A DNA stretch of 64,000 nt from Dimorphilus gyrociliatus. Taxonomy: Eukaryota; Animalia; Annelida. Below the pieces are notes generated by a model, which saw only the letters and a list, made by a program, of their open reading frames with translations, had not been told where the DNA came from and made no database searches. Within the stretch, counting starts at the first letter, position 1. Every line of letters begins with the position of its first letter. The DNA lies in the NCBI GenBank assembly GCA_904063045.1, contig CAJFCJ010000033.1, positions 135,573 to 199,572 of the forward strand, given 5' to 3'. Both the position numbers and the translations under genes were made by a program. Positions 14,426 to 27,625 of the stretch are shown piece by piece.

Positions 14426-15063
14426 ATTTCCAAAGATTCTCTTGATAAACTTGATAGGCGACGGGAGAGAAATGGGCTGCTAAACAGATGAATAAAAGGA
14501 GAACTAATACACAATAGAGACCAGCGAAGTTTCGTAAGGCTAATAGAGACAAGATGTATTCAATTGAAGAAGAAAAAGACTCACTTTTGAGGGAAGATTC
14601 GTAGGTAGGAGAGGTAGGTAGAAAAATGGATGGACGGACTCAGAGGGAGAGAGAGAGAGGAGAGAGAGACAGACAAACAGACAGACGAATAGATATAGAA
14701 ACAGAGGGAAGAAAGGAGGAGAGAGAGATATTCTCAAGGAATAATAATGCTTAAAAGAAAGACTAGTCGAAGCGATTTCGATTTGAAAAATAAGTCGATT
14801 ATGTTTGTTAAATGTGCTGTAGTTAATGGTGAGAAAAATCTTATTGACTATTGGCCTTAATTATACGGTTCCAGAATAAATATTTAACTTTCTCTATGTT
14901 ATTTCAACATTAAATATAAAATCTATTTTAAACAGTTGCCACCAGTTTACTCTTCTGTATTACCTTGTCATTTATATTTTTAATATCTTTCTCTATTTTT
15001 TCTACTAATTAACTATGACTTATTAATATCATTCCCAGAAGGAAACCAACACAATCTATCTAT

Positions 15064-15096
<33 letters not shown>

Positions 15097-15412
15097 ATCT
15101 GTAGTTTATGTAGTATATTTCTTTATTCTATAAAAGAAAGCTGCTAAATGAATTATATACTAAAGCCTATACCGGATGTTCTAAGCCTAGTAAATGTATA
15201 ATAGTTTTTTTTTCTCATCTTTCAAGTAACTATCTCGAAATATCAACTGATAAATATTCATGAAAAGTATGCAAATAAAAAACGTACTTTTATTAAGTGA
15301 TAAATTTAAAAAGTACAGATAATATATGAAATCTTAAGAAATCTTGGTCTATATAAATTTTATACAGTATATATATATATATGTAGATATGTATTGACTA
15401 GCTTATTATACA

Positions 15413-15450
<38 letters not shown>

Positions 15451-16166
15451 CTAAGTCTTTCATGTAGGCATAAATTTGATACTGAACGGTACAAGACATA
15501 TATTTAATACCAATCATAGTTACTTAAATTTAAATATATATATAACATTAAAACAAAGGGTAAAACAAGGTTTGCTTCATTTTTCAATGAAATGAACATG
15601 ATACATCTTCAAAGTTCTAGGATTGCTTTTTGAATTTATGACGTATACGTTTAGATAAAACAATAAAAAGCATTTGATACTTTAATTAAATCAGATTTTT
15701 TAACAGTACTTTTAATTATCATAAAATTACATTAATTTTATCTTATTCTAAACGTTAAACTTGTATTCTCTTAACGTTTTCTATGTATAACGTATGAAGA
15801 AATTCCTAATTTACTTTCTATCATTCTTTTTCCCTTTTATCTTCTCTCTATGTAGTGTATATATCTTTATCTTCATTTTTTGTTTTCTTTTGACAATCCT
15901 AAATCTTCTTCTTCATTCAATAAACAAATGTTTAGAACATGAGATAAATGCAAAATAAAAAAAATAATCGTAATAAACAATATAAAAAAAAATTAGTTTT
16001 CAAGAAGAAAAGATGATAAATATGAATGTCTTTTTTTTATATCCTGCATTATATTTACATAACTATATATACACACTATAGTATGTATATATACTTATAT
16101 AAAGGCTCTAATTTACGCTCTAATTGATTTATGTACCATTGAAAATGTAATAGAAAATTACTGATA

Positions 16167-19100
16167 TCATTTCTCAACAGGAGGTAAACCGTTAGAAACT
16201 TTCTCTTTTGGTTGATGGAAACAATTTGTTATCGTTTCGTCAAATCCACTATCTTTTTTCATCTTTCCTTGCGTTACTGGTAAAGCTACAGGTCTTGGTA
16301 AATCGTCTGCACTTAATTTTGAAAAATCAGGTAATTCTTTATCATAATTTTCTTTTCCATAGAGCCAGTATGTTCTCATAAGACCCTTTCCCTATTATAA
16401 AAAAAAACATATTATTAAACTACACACTATATATTCTTGGAAATTATTAATAGGATGAGGGGAGGTAAAAGGAATAGATGCGTGAAGAGTACGAAAGAGA
16501 GAGGAGTGTAGGATAAATGAGGTATAGAATAGAATAAAGATGAAACTAATAGGGGTCATTCTGTGTTTTTTATATAAATGTATTTTTTTACAGATTGTTT
16601 TGTGTACCTTAACTTCTATTTCTCCTCGATCCGCCAAACGATATCCGGAGAATTTGGATAGGCATTGATAGGATGAGTTACTCAAGTGAATTCTTGAAGC
16701 TTGTCCATTACTTTCCATTCTGGATGCTGTATTTACTGTATCGCCGAACAGACAATATCTGGGCATAGTCAATCCAACTACACCGGCCACAACAGGCCCA
16801 CTATGTAGTCCTATGACGATGGGGGTTAAATAATAAATAATATACAAGATAGCCAACAGATGGCGTCATGGTACAATACCTATTCTTATTCGTAATTTAA
16901 AGTCAGGCTTATGGGGAACCTTGAATTTAAGAACGCCACTCAATAAATCCATAGCGCAGTCAGCAATCTCGACAGCATGTTCATCTTTATTCCTCTTAGG
17001 TAGGCCGGAAACTAACATATAAGCGTCGCCAATAGTTTCAACTTTATATACATCGTGCTGGCTTATAGCCTCATCGAACAGCGTATATAGATCGTTCAGT
17101 AGATCGACAACCTATCAATTGAATAGAAAATGAACTTGTAATACCTTTAACCTAAAGGCGATATCATCCAAATATTTACCTGTAAAGGAGTACTTTCAGC
17201 AGCTAAAGTTGTAAAGCTGACTATATCTGAAAAGTAGATTGTCACCGAGTCAAAAGATTCAGCTTGTATAGGCTTTCCGACTTTCAATTCATCAGCGACA
17301 CTCCTGTTTTTTTAAAAAGAAAAAATATTATGGTTATAAACAATAGTTTTCTTTCACTTCTTTTCTCTATTTTCATTAAACTTACTGTGGAAGCATCCTA
17401 TATAGTAATGATTCCGTTTTCTTTTTCTCCTCGTCTAACTGAACTGTCCTCTCTGCAACTAAATCCTCCAAATGATTGGAATACTTCTCCATCATAGCTA
17501 TCATATTATCCATAACGTTGGCCTTTCTGTATTATCGTTTTAGGAGAGAATGGAAAAGATAGAGTATTAGATAATATATAGACAGTATAGAAATATAGAT
17601 ATACTACAAAGTTCTTGTACATACTTATTAGGATTAAGTTTTCCAAGTGTTTTTAGTATATAAGAAAGGCTAGACCTATCTGTTGGTCTTTCAGTCCAAC
17701 AACTCTCAATCAAATCAACAAGACCGTTCTTTTCCGATTCTATTTTAAAATCGTTCAAATTAGGCCTAAATGGTGGATCAGTTCCCTCTTTAAGCTTTTG
17801 AATAATCTCTGAAAATAACGATAATCGATTATGAATAATAATTATTTTCTATTCCAAATGTTTATTATCAATATATGATTACGTATAGTATCGAATTCGT
17901 GTTCGTATTCAGTATAAGGACTATTCCTGCAAAAAGTCTCTTTCATTATGATCCCAACGGCATAAATATCAGCCAAATAATTAAGATTCGATTCATTCCT
18001 TAATATTTCCGGTGCAGTCCAACATAATTCTGCGGAGAGAGGAAACGAAAAGATAATCAAAATTAATTGTTACATTGATAATAAATTTCCCAATCTATCA
18101 AAGAGTTTGTCAATGTTTGTGGAAAATGCTCAAATATGCATTTATAAATCAATAAAGATATTGGATCTGTTTTGTTTGTTTTCGAGAAAACTTCAAGGAA
18201 AAATATTACGTGTAAATATCTTCTGACAAACTAATGATAAAATTAGAACTAGAAGAGAAATACGGATGGACGTTATCACATGATAATTGATACAGAAAAT
18301 GAAGAATATGATTATTAGCTCCCAGCCAAAGGATTATCAATAATACTAATCTATTAATTACTTAATAATTCATTAAAGATATTACAAGGATTGGTGTAGC
18401 AATGGCGATAATAACAATGATCTCTTACTTTCATTTATGGCGGCTTCAGTTATTTCGGGATCTTCTTCTTCGCCGTATAAGAATCTCCTAAGGCCAAAAT
18501 CTGTTAATTTACAAGCCCAACGACCATCGATAACGACGTTACTACTTTTTAATCTACCATGAAATTTAATAGGAGAATCGTGAAGGTAGATGAGACCCTG
18601 TTTGTTTTGTTTGTTAATTAATTAGCATTAAATTTAATCTAATTTAAAAATTACTAAACCCTTAGAACGTCGTTAACAATTGAAAATTTAAACATATCGT
18701 CCAAAGATATGTTCTCGTTATAAATAACGTCCTGTAAACTTCCTTTTGTACAATATTCCCAAACAGAACAAATATTTGGAGAATCTATACAAGCTCCTAC
18801 AAAATGAGCTAAATTGCCATGTTTTAATTCATTCATATTTTTCATCTCTAATAATAGATCTCTTTCTATCTTTATCCTACTCTTCCTAACATTCTTAATA
18901 GCCACGTGATTGCCTTTATAATTTGCTATTGTAATAAATATTTGGCCTGCAATCGTCTCGGCAATCGATGACGAACCAACTCTTGATTTTCTAAGATTCG
19001 TACTCAAACTTCGAAAATTAAGCTAAAGTATATAGAAATTCGATAAATATATCATATAGTATGCCAGTTAAAATATATTACCTGACTTCCAGGAATGTGC

Positions 19101-19405
19101 CCAGTTGTATAAACATGCAAATCTGAATAATTCAACTTCCAAACCATGCTTGCAATTTCTCTTTCATAGCGGAATTGTCTATTTTACAATTCGAAGTTTT
19201 ATATTAGTAAATAAAACTAATGGAAATATTACTATTTAACAAAAAATTCACACAATAAACGAAAGATGACTATTCGATAATAATCAATAATCGATTGAAT
19301 AGGACAGGTCTATTGACACCTAAAGTAAACATCTTTTCTTATGGACAGTAGTCTATTTTCTTTCTCTTTTTTTCTTCTTTCTTTCCCTCCCTCTCTCTCT
19401 CCCTC

Positions 19406-19436
<31 letters not shown>

Positions 19437-22400
19437 TTCTTTCATTTAGAGCATGTTTGTTTTTTTTCTAAATAATTACAAACCTGTAGACTAAGAAACC
19501 AATTATCGCAGCCAGCAGAATAACACCCCCCACAACTGATGGTATTATTATGGATAAGTAGCTTTCTGTTTGTTATATTCAAAGTCTATTAGAATCATTA
19601 AAATGACAATTAAAACTCAAAAATAATCAAATAACACCAACTGCAATTTTCATCTTCGAAGCCGCACGATGGTACGTCTGGTGGTGCGTTGTTTACTCCT
19701 CTCTTACCATCACCCCATTTTGGTTCTATAAGAATGTCCATCTGTCTTTGTCCTCCACCCTGAGTAGTAATAGTTTGCGCTATGATTGTAAAATTTCCAT
19801 TTGAATCCAAATCGAATAGCCAAAAATCTGGATTTCTATCCGCCGACGAACCAAACATAATGTCTCCCGTTGCTCCGGATGGATAGTAGAAGTTCTTGGC
19901 CCTTTCAAATATCTCTCTCCCATTCGAAACGGTACCAACTAAAGTTGCCAATCTAGCGTGAACCATAATAGCATCGTGCAAGAAGAACGAATAGATATCA
20001 GGCTATAGAGAGTTGATCATTACAAAAGAGAATGATTGGTAAAACTATACATACGGTAGTTGGATTGAATTTACTCCATCTTGCACCACTCGCTGCCGAT
20101 ACAAATTCTCTTTCAAATTTCTCAGTTTCTTTAAAGTTCAAGGTTTTCGTGTATAACTAAAGAAATGTTTACAAAGGATTAGTATAATCTATAAGAGACG
20201 GGAATGAAGAAATAACCCAAAAAAATGTATATATATATATATACAGTATAGAGAGGAGTGAAAGAGAATGAGAGGAGAGAGAGAATGAGAGAGTTGATAT
20301 AGGAGATGAGGAAAAGTAAAGAAAAATAAAGAAAGATGTATATATATTTGTTTATGCTTATATATAAATAAATAGACAAATCTGTAAATAGATAGACAGA
20401 AGAAAATTTGTAGAACTAACAATAAAAAGATTTTCGTACGCGGCTCTCGCGGCTGAGTCTCTTCCATCGTCTTTTTCCCAGAAACTAGTACTTTGAATAT
20501 CGGCCAACACCTTATGGATTACAAAAAGGGATAAGAAGAGAGGATACTCTTATAAAATCTATTACACACTCGCTTTGAAGGTAATTCTTGGTTGACGTAA
20601 ATGAAAACATAATCTCCGCTAGTCATGTCTTTATCGTAGGCTCCCAACATCCAAGATCGAAGGTCGTCTTTGGGTATTGCCAAGATAACAACTGGAAAAT
20701 TGATTGACCTAGTTTTAGTAAAAAAATTTTTCACACCAGCTCATCAAATAAACTAATGTCAATATTAGTAAAATATTCTACGTATAGGCATTATTGATTC
20801 ATAAACTCACTCCTGGCTTCCCTTTTCACTCTATCATAAATGTCGCTTATTACACTTGAAGAAGCCTTCTCTTCGACATCCTGTTCCCATCTTGCTATAA
20901 CAAATCCGTCCTTTTTCTTGTTCTGAAATGCGTTTTTAACACCGCGACCCATTTCTCCATGGTCTGGTCCTATAGTTGAAATTAAGAATGCCCTCTTCCA
21001 GCCGAAGAGATTAAAAGTTTGTATAAATCCCTCTCCTAGAACACTTAGCGGACCCAACAATCTGACTAAGGTGTTATGCTTTTCCTTATCTTCCAGTGAA
21101 GGATCGCTCGATATCCATCCAAAAACCGGTATGTTAAGGTGAGAGCCAAGCTGAGACACCGGATCCATACCTTAAAAGGTACAAATTGATTAGCGGTCCT
21201 AAGAGTACGCTATTTATTGTTTTCAAGTGTTGTTTGTCTTATTGAAAATGAAGAAATAAGAGAAAAGAGAAATAGAGTATGGGAGGATGAATGTCAAGAA
21301 GCTATGATACTTTCTCTTGTCAATTTCTCTCCTTTCTCTTTCCTCTTAATAAGTTTACAATATGTCTCTCTTCCCTCACTCCAAATTCTATTTTGTTAGA
21401 AAGTACATGATTGTTTTATAATGCAAATTTAAGAATGAGAAATCTAACGCCTAGACAGGAAGTGACGCTTAAACAAAACATTTGATATTTCAAAAAATTC
21501 CCTTTCTATAAGTGTAAAATTGAAATGAAAACGTTTTCTTTGATCTATTTATTTACCTGGTGAACAGGATGGTCCAACGATGAGATCAGGCTTGAAGTTG
21601 TCTCTACCAATTAGGTCAAATGCTTGGCCGATTGCAGATTTAGAATTACAGTTGGAATCTCTCCATTCAATTCTGTGTAATCGAGATTTATTGACAGAGT
21701 TATTTCAATATTTTCAGTAAACCAACAAAGTTCTGCTTTGTCACGAAAACTAATTTTCCTTACAGCTGAACTTAAGAAAGGTGTTAGGGTGTATACATAA
21801 TTATTATTACTATTATTATTATTATTGATAACTAAACTATATTAACCTATAACAGCCCATTCCCCTCCAGCTCTTTAGTTGTCCTTTCCATCGTAACCCT
21901 ATCAAACAGTTCCTCCCCCTATCAACTTTGGGGTTATCATTATAACGTAAAATATAACAAGAAATTATTACTCGTAATCGAAGGGCAACTGTCTAGTAAT
22001 TAACCTAAAGTATTGATGCGACGAAACTGCATTCTATATACAAAGAAGTGTAATCTTAAAACGTGAAAAAGTGTTTATCTTTTTTTTTTTAAAAAAAAAA
22101 TGAACTAAAATATAAACTATATAATATATTATATATATTAATATATAATAAAATGAAAAAGAAAACTTTAGTTTCAATATTTATTCAATATAAACATAAC
22201 TCTTTTCTTTTATCAAAGAAATGGCATTCTATGTATTATATGGTATTAAAAGGGGACAAAATACAATCTCAGTTCTTCCCATATCCATTATATAAGTTTT
22301 GACATTCATATACTATTAGAATAGGCACAAAAGAGAGAAAGAGAGAAAGAACAGAGGAAGGAGTAATAGTACTAGCTAGAGAAGAGAGAAAGCGAGAGAG

Positions 22401-23091
22401 ACGCAAAGGGATATTGTTTTTTTACATAAAAGTTCTACATACTCTATCGCCTAATTATCATAATGAAACGTTCTAGCCCCACTTTACGCTGTTCATTTTC
22501 CTCAAACGTAATTAGCTTAATACATGTATTCTAATAGAGTACGTGTTTGAAAGAGACTGTGTCCATTCCAAAATTATAAAATTCCATTTCATCATAGTTC
22601 ATTGACTAAATTGAACATTTTATCTATGTCTTTAATATTGGGTGCCTTTTTTGTGAGAGAGAGAGAGAGAGAGAGAGAGAGGGAAGAAAAGTAAAATATT
22701 AGTTCATCTTTTCTCACTTTTTTAAAGATTACCCCTTCATTGTCGTCTTTAAATATATCATCTAAAGTTTTCTCATTATTTATTAAACGTTTGTTCTAAA
22801 ATAGACAATTTATATACAAACTGCGTTACACTATATAGATATATATGTATGTATATATAAACATATATAAATAGGATGATAGATAATGATGATGTTTACT
22901 TACATATATTTAGTAGGAGAGAGACTAGCATCATTTTCAACTTTTTGAACGGCGGCCGCTAATCCACCTATACTTGTTGAAACGTTCCAAAAGTAGTAAA
23001 ACTTTTTGGGACAGAAGAATGCCAATTTAATTTCTTCTCCCAAAGAACATACTATAATTATTAATGATATAAATAGTTGAAGAAATCTCAT
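16167..23091 (-). CDS. Receptor (membrane) guanylyl cyclase, NPR-type, copy 2
   Basis: Signal peptide [18 protein letters not shown], ectodomain ([19 protein letters not shown]), TM helix [21 protein letters not shown], kinase-homology domain ([20 protein letters not shown]). Intact cyclase motifs [11 protein letters not shown] and [21 protein letters not shown]. Stop 16167-16169. Confidence 0.93.
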
Positions 23092-24483
23092 AACGTCTCT
23101 AAAGTGATAGGAATATAATATAACAAAGATATTTCGAGGTGGTAACGTCGTGCGTCCTAGACGTCGACTGGCGGGAGAAAAAGTAAAAATCTAGGCGCTT
23201 TGTCGCTCTGGTAAACATAATGTGTGCGTACGGGTGAGGATTGAACTAGTGGGAAATTGATCTAAGAACGCCCGTACAAGACAAATGAACAGTTCAAACA
23301 ATCGATTAGGTTCTGCATATTTTTACGCTCGTCGATGTGTTAGTTTTATCTAATAAAAAAAAAAATTTGCATAATCGGTTTTTGATAATTCCAAGTATAT
23401 TCTAAATATAAAGATGTTCATATTTGTTTTCTTTCTTTTATGATATTTCTCTCTTCCCCTTTCTTGCTGTTCTCAAAAAGAAACAAAGTAAATACAATAC
23501 TTATGTTTCTTTTATTAATTAATTAATTATTAAAAATTAATTAGTTATTTTGTTTTGTTTATAATAGGGAGGTGGTTAAAAAAAAAACAATAGATACAAG
23601 AAGAGAGAAAAGCGTCTATTATCTAGCTTTTCTCCTTTCTTCCTAATAAAAAGAGAAAAACAAAAAAGAAAAGTCCTCAGCTGTTCTATACTTTAATAGA
23701 CATTACTTAACTTGGTATACTTCTATTCCAGGTAAAGTGTACAAGTAATTCTATAATTCGATTTCATGAATAACAAAAGAATAATCAAGTAGTTTCAATG
23801 ATAAAGAAACACTATTCCAATTTGATTGATTTGTCAAAAGCCAATATTGACTCTATTGAAAAGGGGAGGAGACAAATGCTTTTCATAACAGTTAGAATTA
23901 ACCGAATTTTTCATTATTATTTATATAAAAACGGTGCTTAGAAAGAAAAATCCAGAATAAAAGACTACGGTCATAAAATAATAATCTTTTATCTATAAAA
24001 CGTACTACTACGCCTTGACAAGACGGGATTATCGACCTCAGAGTAAGCTTAGCTTAACCTTTTACACATTCTACAAAAGAAAAACTTTAATTTACTATTA
24101 TTAGAGTATTTTATTTTCTTTCAAATTTTTCATTAAAGCAAAAATACTTAAAGAGAGAAAAGAGATAAATATTAAAGTAAATTTGCAGAATGTACGAGAA
24201 AAGAAATTAACTAAAGCATTATAGAAACTATAAAAGTTTCATAATGAAATAGTTGTCTTTTTTTTTGTTTTTAAAGTAGCGAAAAAACAAAATTAGCTAG
24301 ACCCAAGAAAAAATAGAAAAATGCTTCTCAATTTGTTACACCCTCTTCAAAGCTCAATATTCCTTCTGTTTGGTATGGAAAATTCAGATATTTTTAATTA
24401 CGTTTATTCATTTTATTTTTAGCATTTTTAAAAATCCTACCACTTCATAATGCCAGATCTTCCTTTTTTTTATAGTTTGCAAT

Positions 24484-27336
24484 TTAATAATTTTTCAAAA
24501 ATCTCATAAAATCATGCTTATTTTCTAATGGTGTTGTCGTAGGACGTCCCAAATCCTTTCTAGACCCCATCTTACACTTAATTTCACATAGTACTGGCCC
24601 GTCAAGTTGCATCATTCTCGTAATTGAATTGATAATTTGTTCTTCGGTAGTAGAAACCCACGCCTATTAATGTGGAAAAAAAAGGAAACAATATGTATAA
24701 TCTATGAAGAGAATATCATCAAATTTATAGATTTGTCATCATTATTAATAACTCCACCTTAGTTAGTTGCAAAGAAAATAATAGATGAAAATATAGATTT
24801 TCTTTCTTAATTAAGTATTTACATCAGAATGTAATTTTACACTATCTTATTTTTTTTTTAAAACAACTTCTAAAGTTACTTTAAATAGAGAAAAAAAATA
24901 TAATAATAAATAAAATAAAAATATCTTTCATTCAATATTATAAATTAAACAAAATACGATATTATTAAAAAATAATATTTCTTTAATAAAAATAAAAAGT
25001 CTACTACCGATTTATAAATATTTTTAGTTAACAAATTATTAATTATTATTATTATAGATTGATTAATCGTTATAAGACATATTATTATTTAGTGTGTTTG
25101 TTTCATCTAGTGTTATCAGAAAAGAAAAAAGAAAAAAACACCTATAAATATGGAAATCAATATATTATATACGTATTTAAATATGTCTTACTTCGCGATA
25201 TCCACTTCCCATAGCTATATGAGTGAATGAAAATGAATCGCTAGAGGCATCTGAAGGCTGTCCTCCTACGCTATCATGACCTCCGTTATTAAATATAATA
25301 TGTTTATAATTTTTGCATCCACTTTGTCCAACTGTTGCTAAGGATCCCATATGCATGATAGCTGCTCCGTCTCCATCCAAGCAGAAAACGTTACGATGTG
25401 GCTTTTGCATGGCAATTCCCAGGGCAATTGAAGAGGCGTGACCCATAGAGCCAACAGTATAAAAGTCCCTTTCGTGTCCCTCATTTTTTGCATCTCTGCA
25501 TTTGATTAAAATTAGAAAACGCATTGTAATTATTGAAAAAAAAACAAAAAGATATAAAAGAAAATAATTATATTCTCTTTTTTTTTTATCAAGCTATTTT
25601 ATTTAATTGTTTTCCATCAACCTATATTCATAAAGTTCCCTAGAAAGCATTCCAGTTGTTCCAACTACAATATCGGTCTCTCCTATTCGATCCGCAATTA
25701 ACTTTATTACTTCTTCTCGGTTAAGAACAGCTCTATATAAAAAGAAAACGAATATGAAGAAGATATAATAAAATTTAAATCACAAAATAAAATCTAACTT
25801 ACGATTCATTTTTCTTCTTAGATTTTAGCTGGTAAGGTAGAAATGTTTGTCTCTTTACCAGCAAACAGTATGGACTTTTCGTAGTGACCATATGGTGACA
25901 AGCTGTTTCGATAACCTATTGAAAAATATAAAAAATCATATATTTCTTGATTCAACGTGTAAAATTTGTCTATTCATATTTATTCTTTTCTTTTTTATAA
26001 AATTTATTTAATATGTTAAAAAGCCATCTCAAATCAAAAATGATACCTACATGTTCAGCTCCTTCCAAATAGTCAGGCAAAGGTTGAAAAGGTATTCCAA
26101 CGGACGCTTAACAAAAAGATTACTTTTTATAAATGCCAAAGCGAAAGTAGAAAATCTTAGAACTTCTGTATCTTATATACGAATATTGATAATATTTCTT
26201 TACCTAGAATACCAGGCGTAGCTGCTCCTTGAACATTGTGCTGCGGTTCATCTCTCTTTCCTGGTTCGCCTCTCCATCCAATAAGTATTAACATTGGAAT
26301 ACTATAAACAGAAGGTGTTGCTAACGACATTATGGGATTAATAATGTTACCTAAACCAGAATTCTGTATCGGAAAAGAAAAATTAGAAAATGCCATAAAT
26401 AACTATTAACTGACTTCCACACCTGTAAATAAACGACACCGTATTTATTAGTGGCCATATGATATCCAGCTGCTAGAGAAACTGCTGTTCCCTCATTTGA
26501 GGTAATAACATGTTTCTTCGAATCCGAATTATTAGCAATATACGCGCAAAAGTCTGTACATAAATAATTTTTTGTTAGAATACTAAACGTCGATTAAAGC
26601 TGAAAAATTGCAGCTTGTTGTGTATTAGCTACTTTCAAAATCGATACTTCCACTTTTTAACATACTACCATCTGATACATTATCGGAATTAAATTATTAT
26701 TTACCTTTAAGTAGAGAATCTGGAACGCCACAATAAAAGTCCATTCCATACTTTTTCAAAAGGGTATAAAAATCTGCTGGCGCTAAGAAATCTCTTACCA
26801 ATTCCGTAAATGGCTCGTTCCCTTCATTCCTATCCTGTTGCTCTTCAACTTGCTGTTGAAAAAAATAAATATCGTCACAAAGACGATCAATTAGCGATGT
26901 ATTAGTCATAGGCAATATTTTTATGACATAGTAACACACAAAAAATGACTTATGCAACTTAAGGTCAAAGTTAACATATATTAAAAAGGTATTATCAATT
27001 TTAAGTGATAAACTTTTAGGTCGCGGTATAACTTTTCAAAGATAACTACTCGTTCCAACACTTCATTTAATTATCAAATCAAACTTGTCATCACAAATAC
27101 TTCTATGAAATGATCATATACATGTTTGCTATTACTGAACTTTAACGAGATCCATATATTTACCTCTTTTTGAGTACTTTTTCTTATCGATGATGTAACA
27201 AAGCTCGAAGATTGAGGTTTGATGTTTAGAAACTAAGAATAATTACCTCTTAATCGTGAAAATAAAAGTTATTTTATAATACCTTTTGTATAAAGTTTCC
27301 TTGTCTAATAGTGTTTGATGAAAGTTTTCTAATCAT
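24484..27336 (-). CDS. ppd: Phosphonopyruvate decarboxylase (ThDP-dependent), 10 exons, with N-terminal presequence
   Basis: Motifs [69 protein letters not shown], ThDP motif [22 protein letters not shown]-terminal [12 protein letters not shown]. Approximate exons: 27283-27336, 27164-27232, 26706-26852, 26423-26553, 26203-26366, 26050-26110, 25801-25916, 25628-25735, 25192-25500, 24484-24664; all introns GT-AG. Confidence 0.93.
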
Positions 27337-27625
27337 GGTTTGCGTTTGTACTTTTTGCGATCAACAGTATTTACTGCCTTAGCACAACTGAGTTGTCGGT
27401 TTAGCTGTTTTCAGTCCTCACCTCACTATAACTTCCGCTTCCGGTATTTTCGTAAAAAAAAATATTCATCTAAATGGAACAAGAACATTTTAACTAGATT
27501 TAATTATTAATACAATGGCTTTTATAATTTACTATTAAACTTTTTACGAAACTAATAAGGAATTCCTCAGCCTCGATTTTATTTCGCACTGGGTAACCCC
27601 AAGCTTGTAGTTGGTTTTTAATGTC
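27337..27625. promoter_or_regulatory. Bidirectional promoter shared by ppd and the sorting nexin
   Basis: Divergent ATGs lie 289 bp apart, with a tandem ETS/GABP-type motif ACTTCCGCTTCCGG at 27431-27444. Confidence 0.7.

Noticed and set aside
14277-14552. ORF-track 91-aa ORF as the first exon of guanylyl cyclase copy 1
   Set aside because: Wrong frame. The overlapping frame from ATG 14425 gives a signal peptide plus [19 protein letters not shown] and splices correctly.
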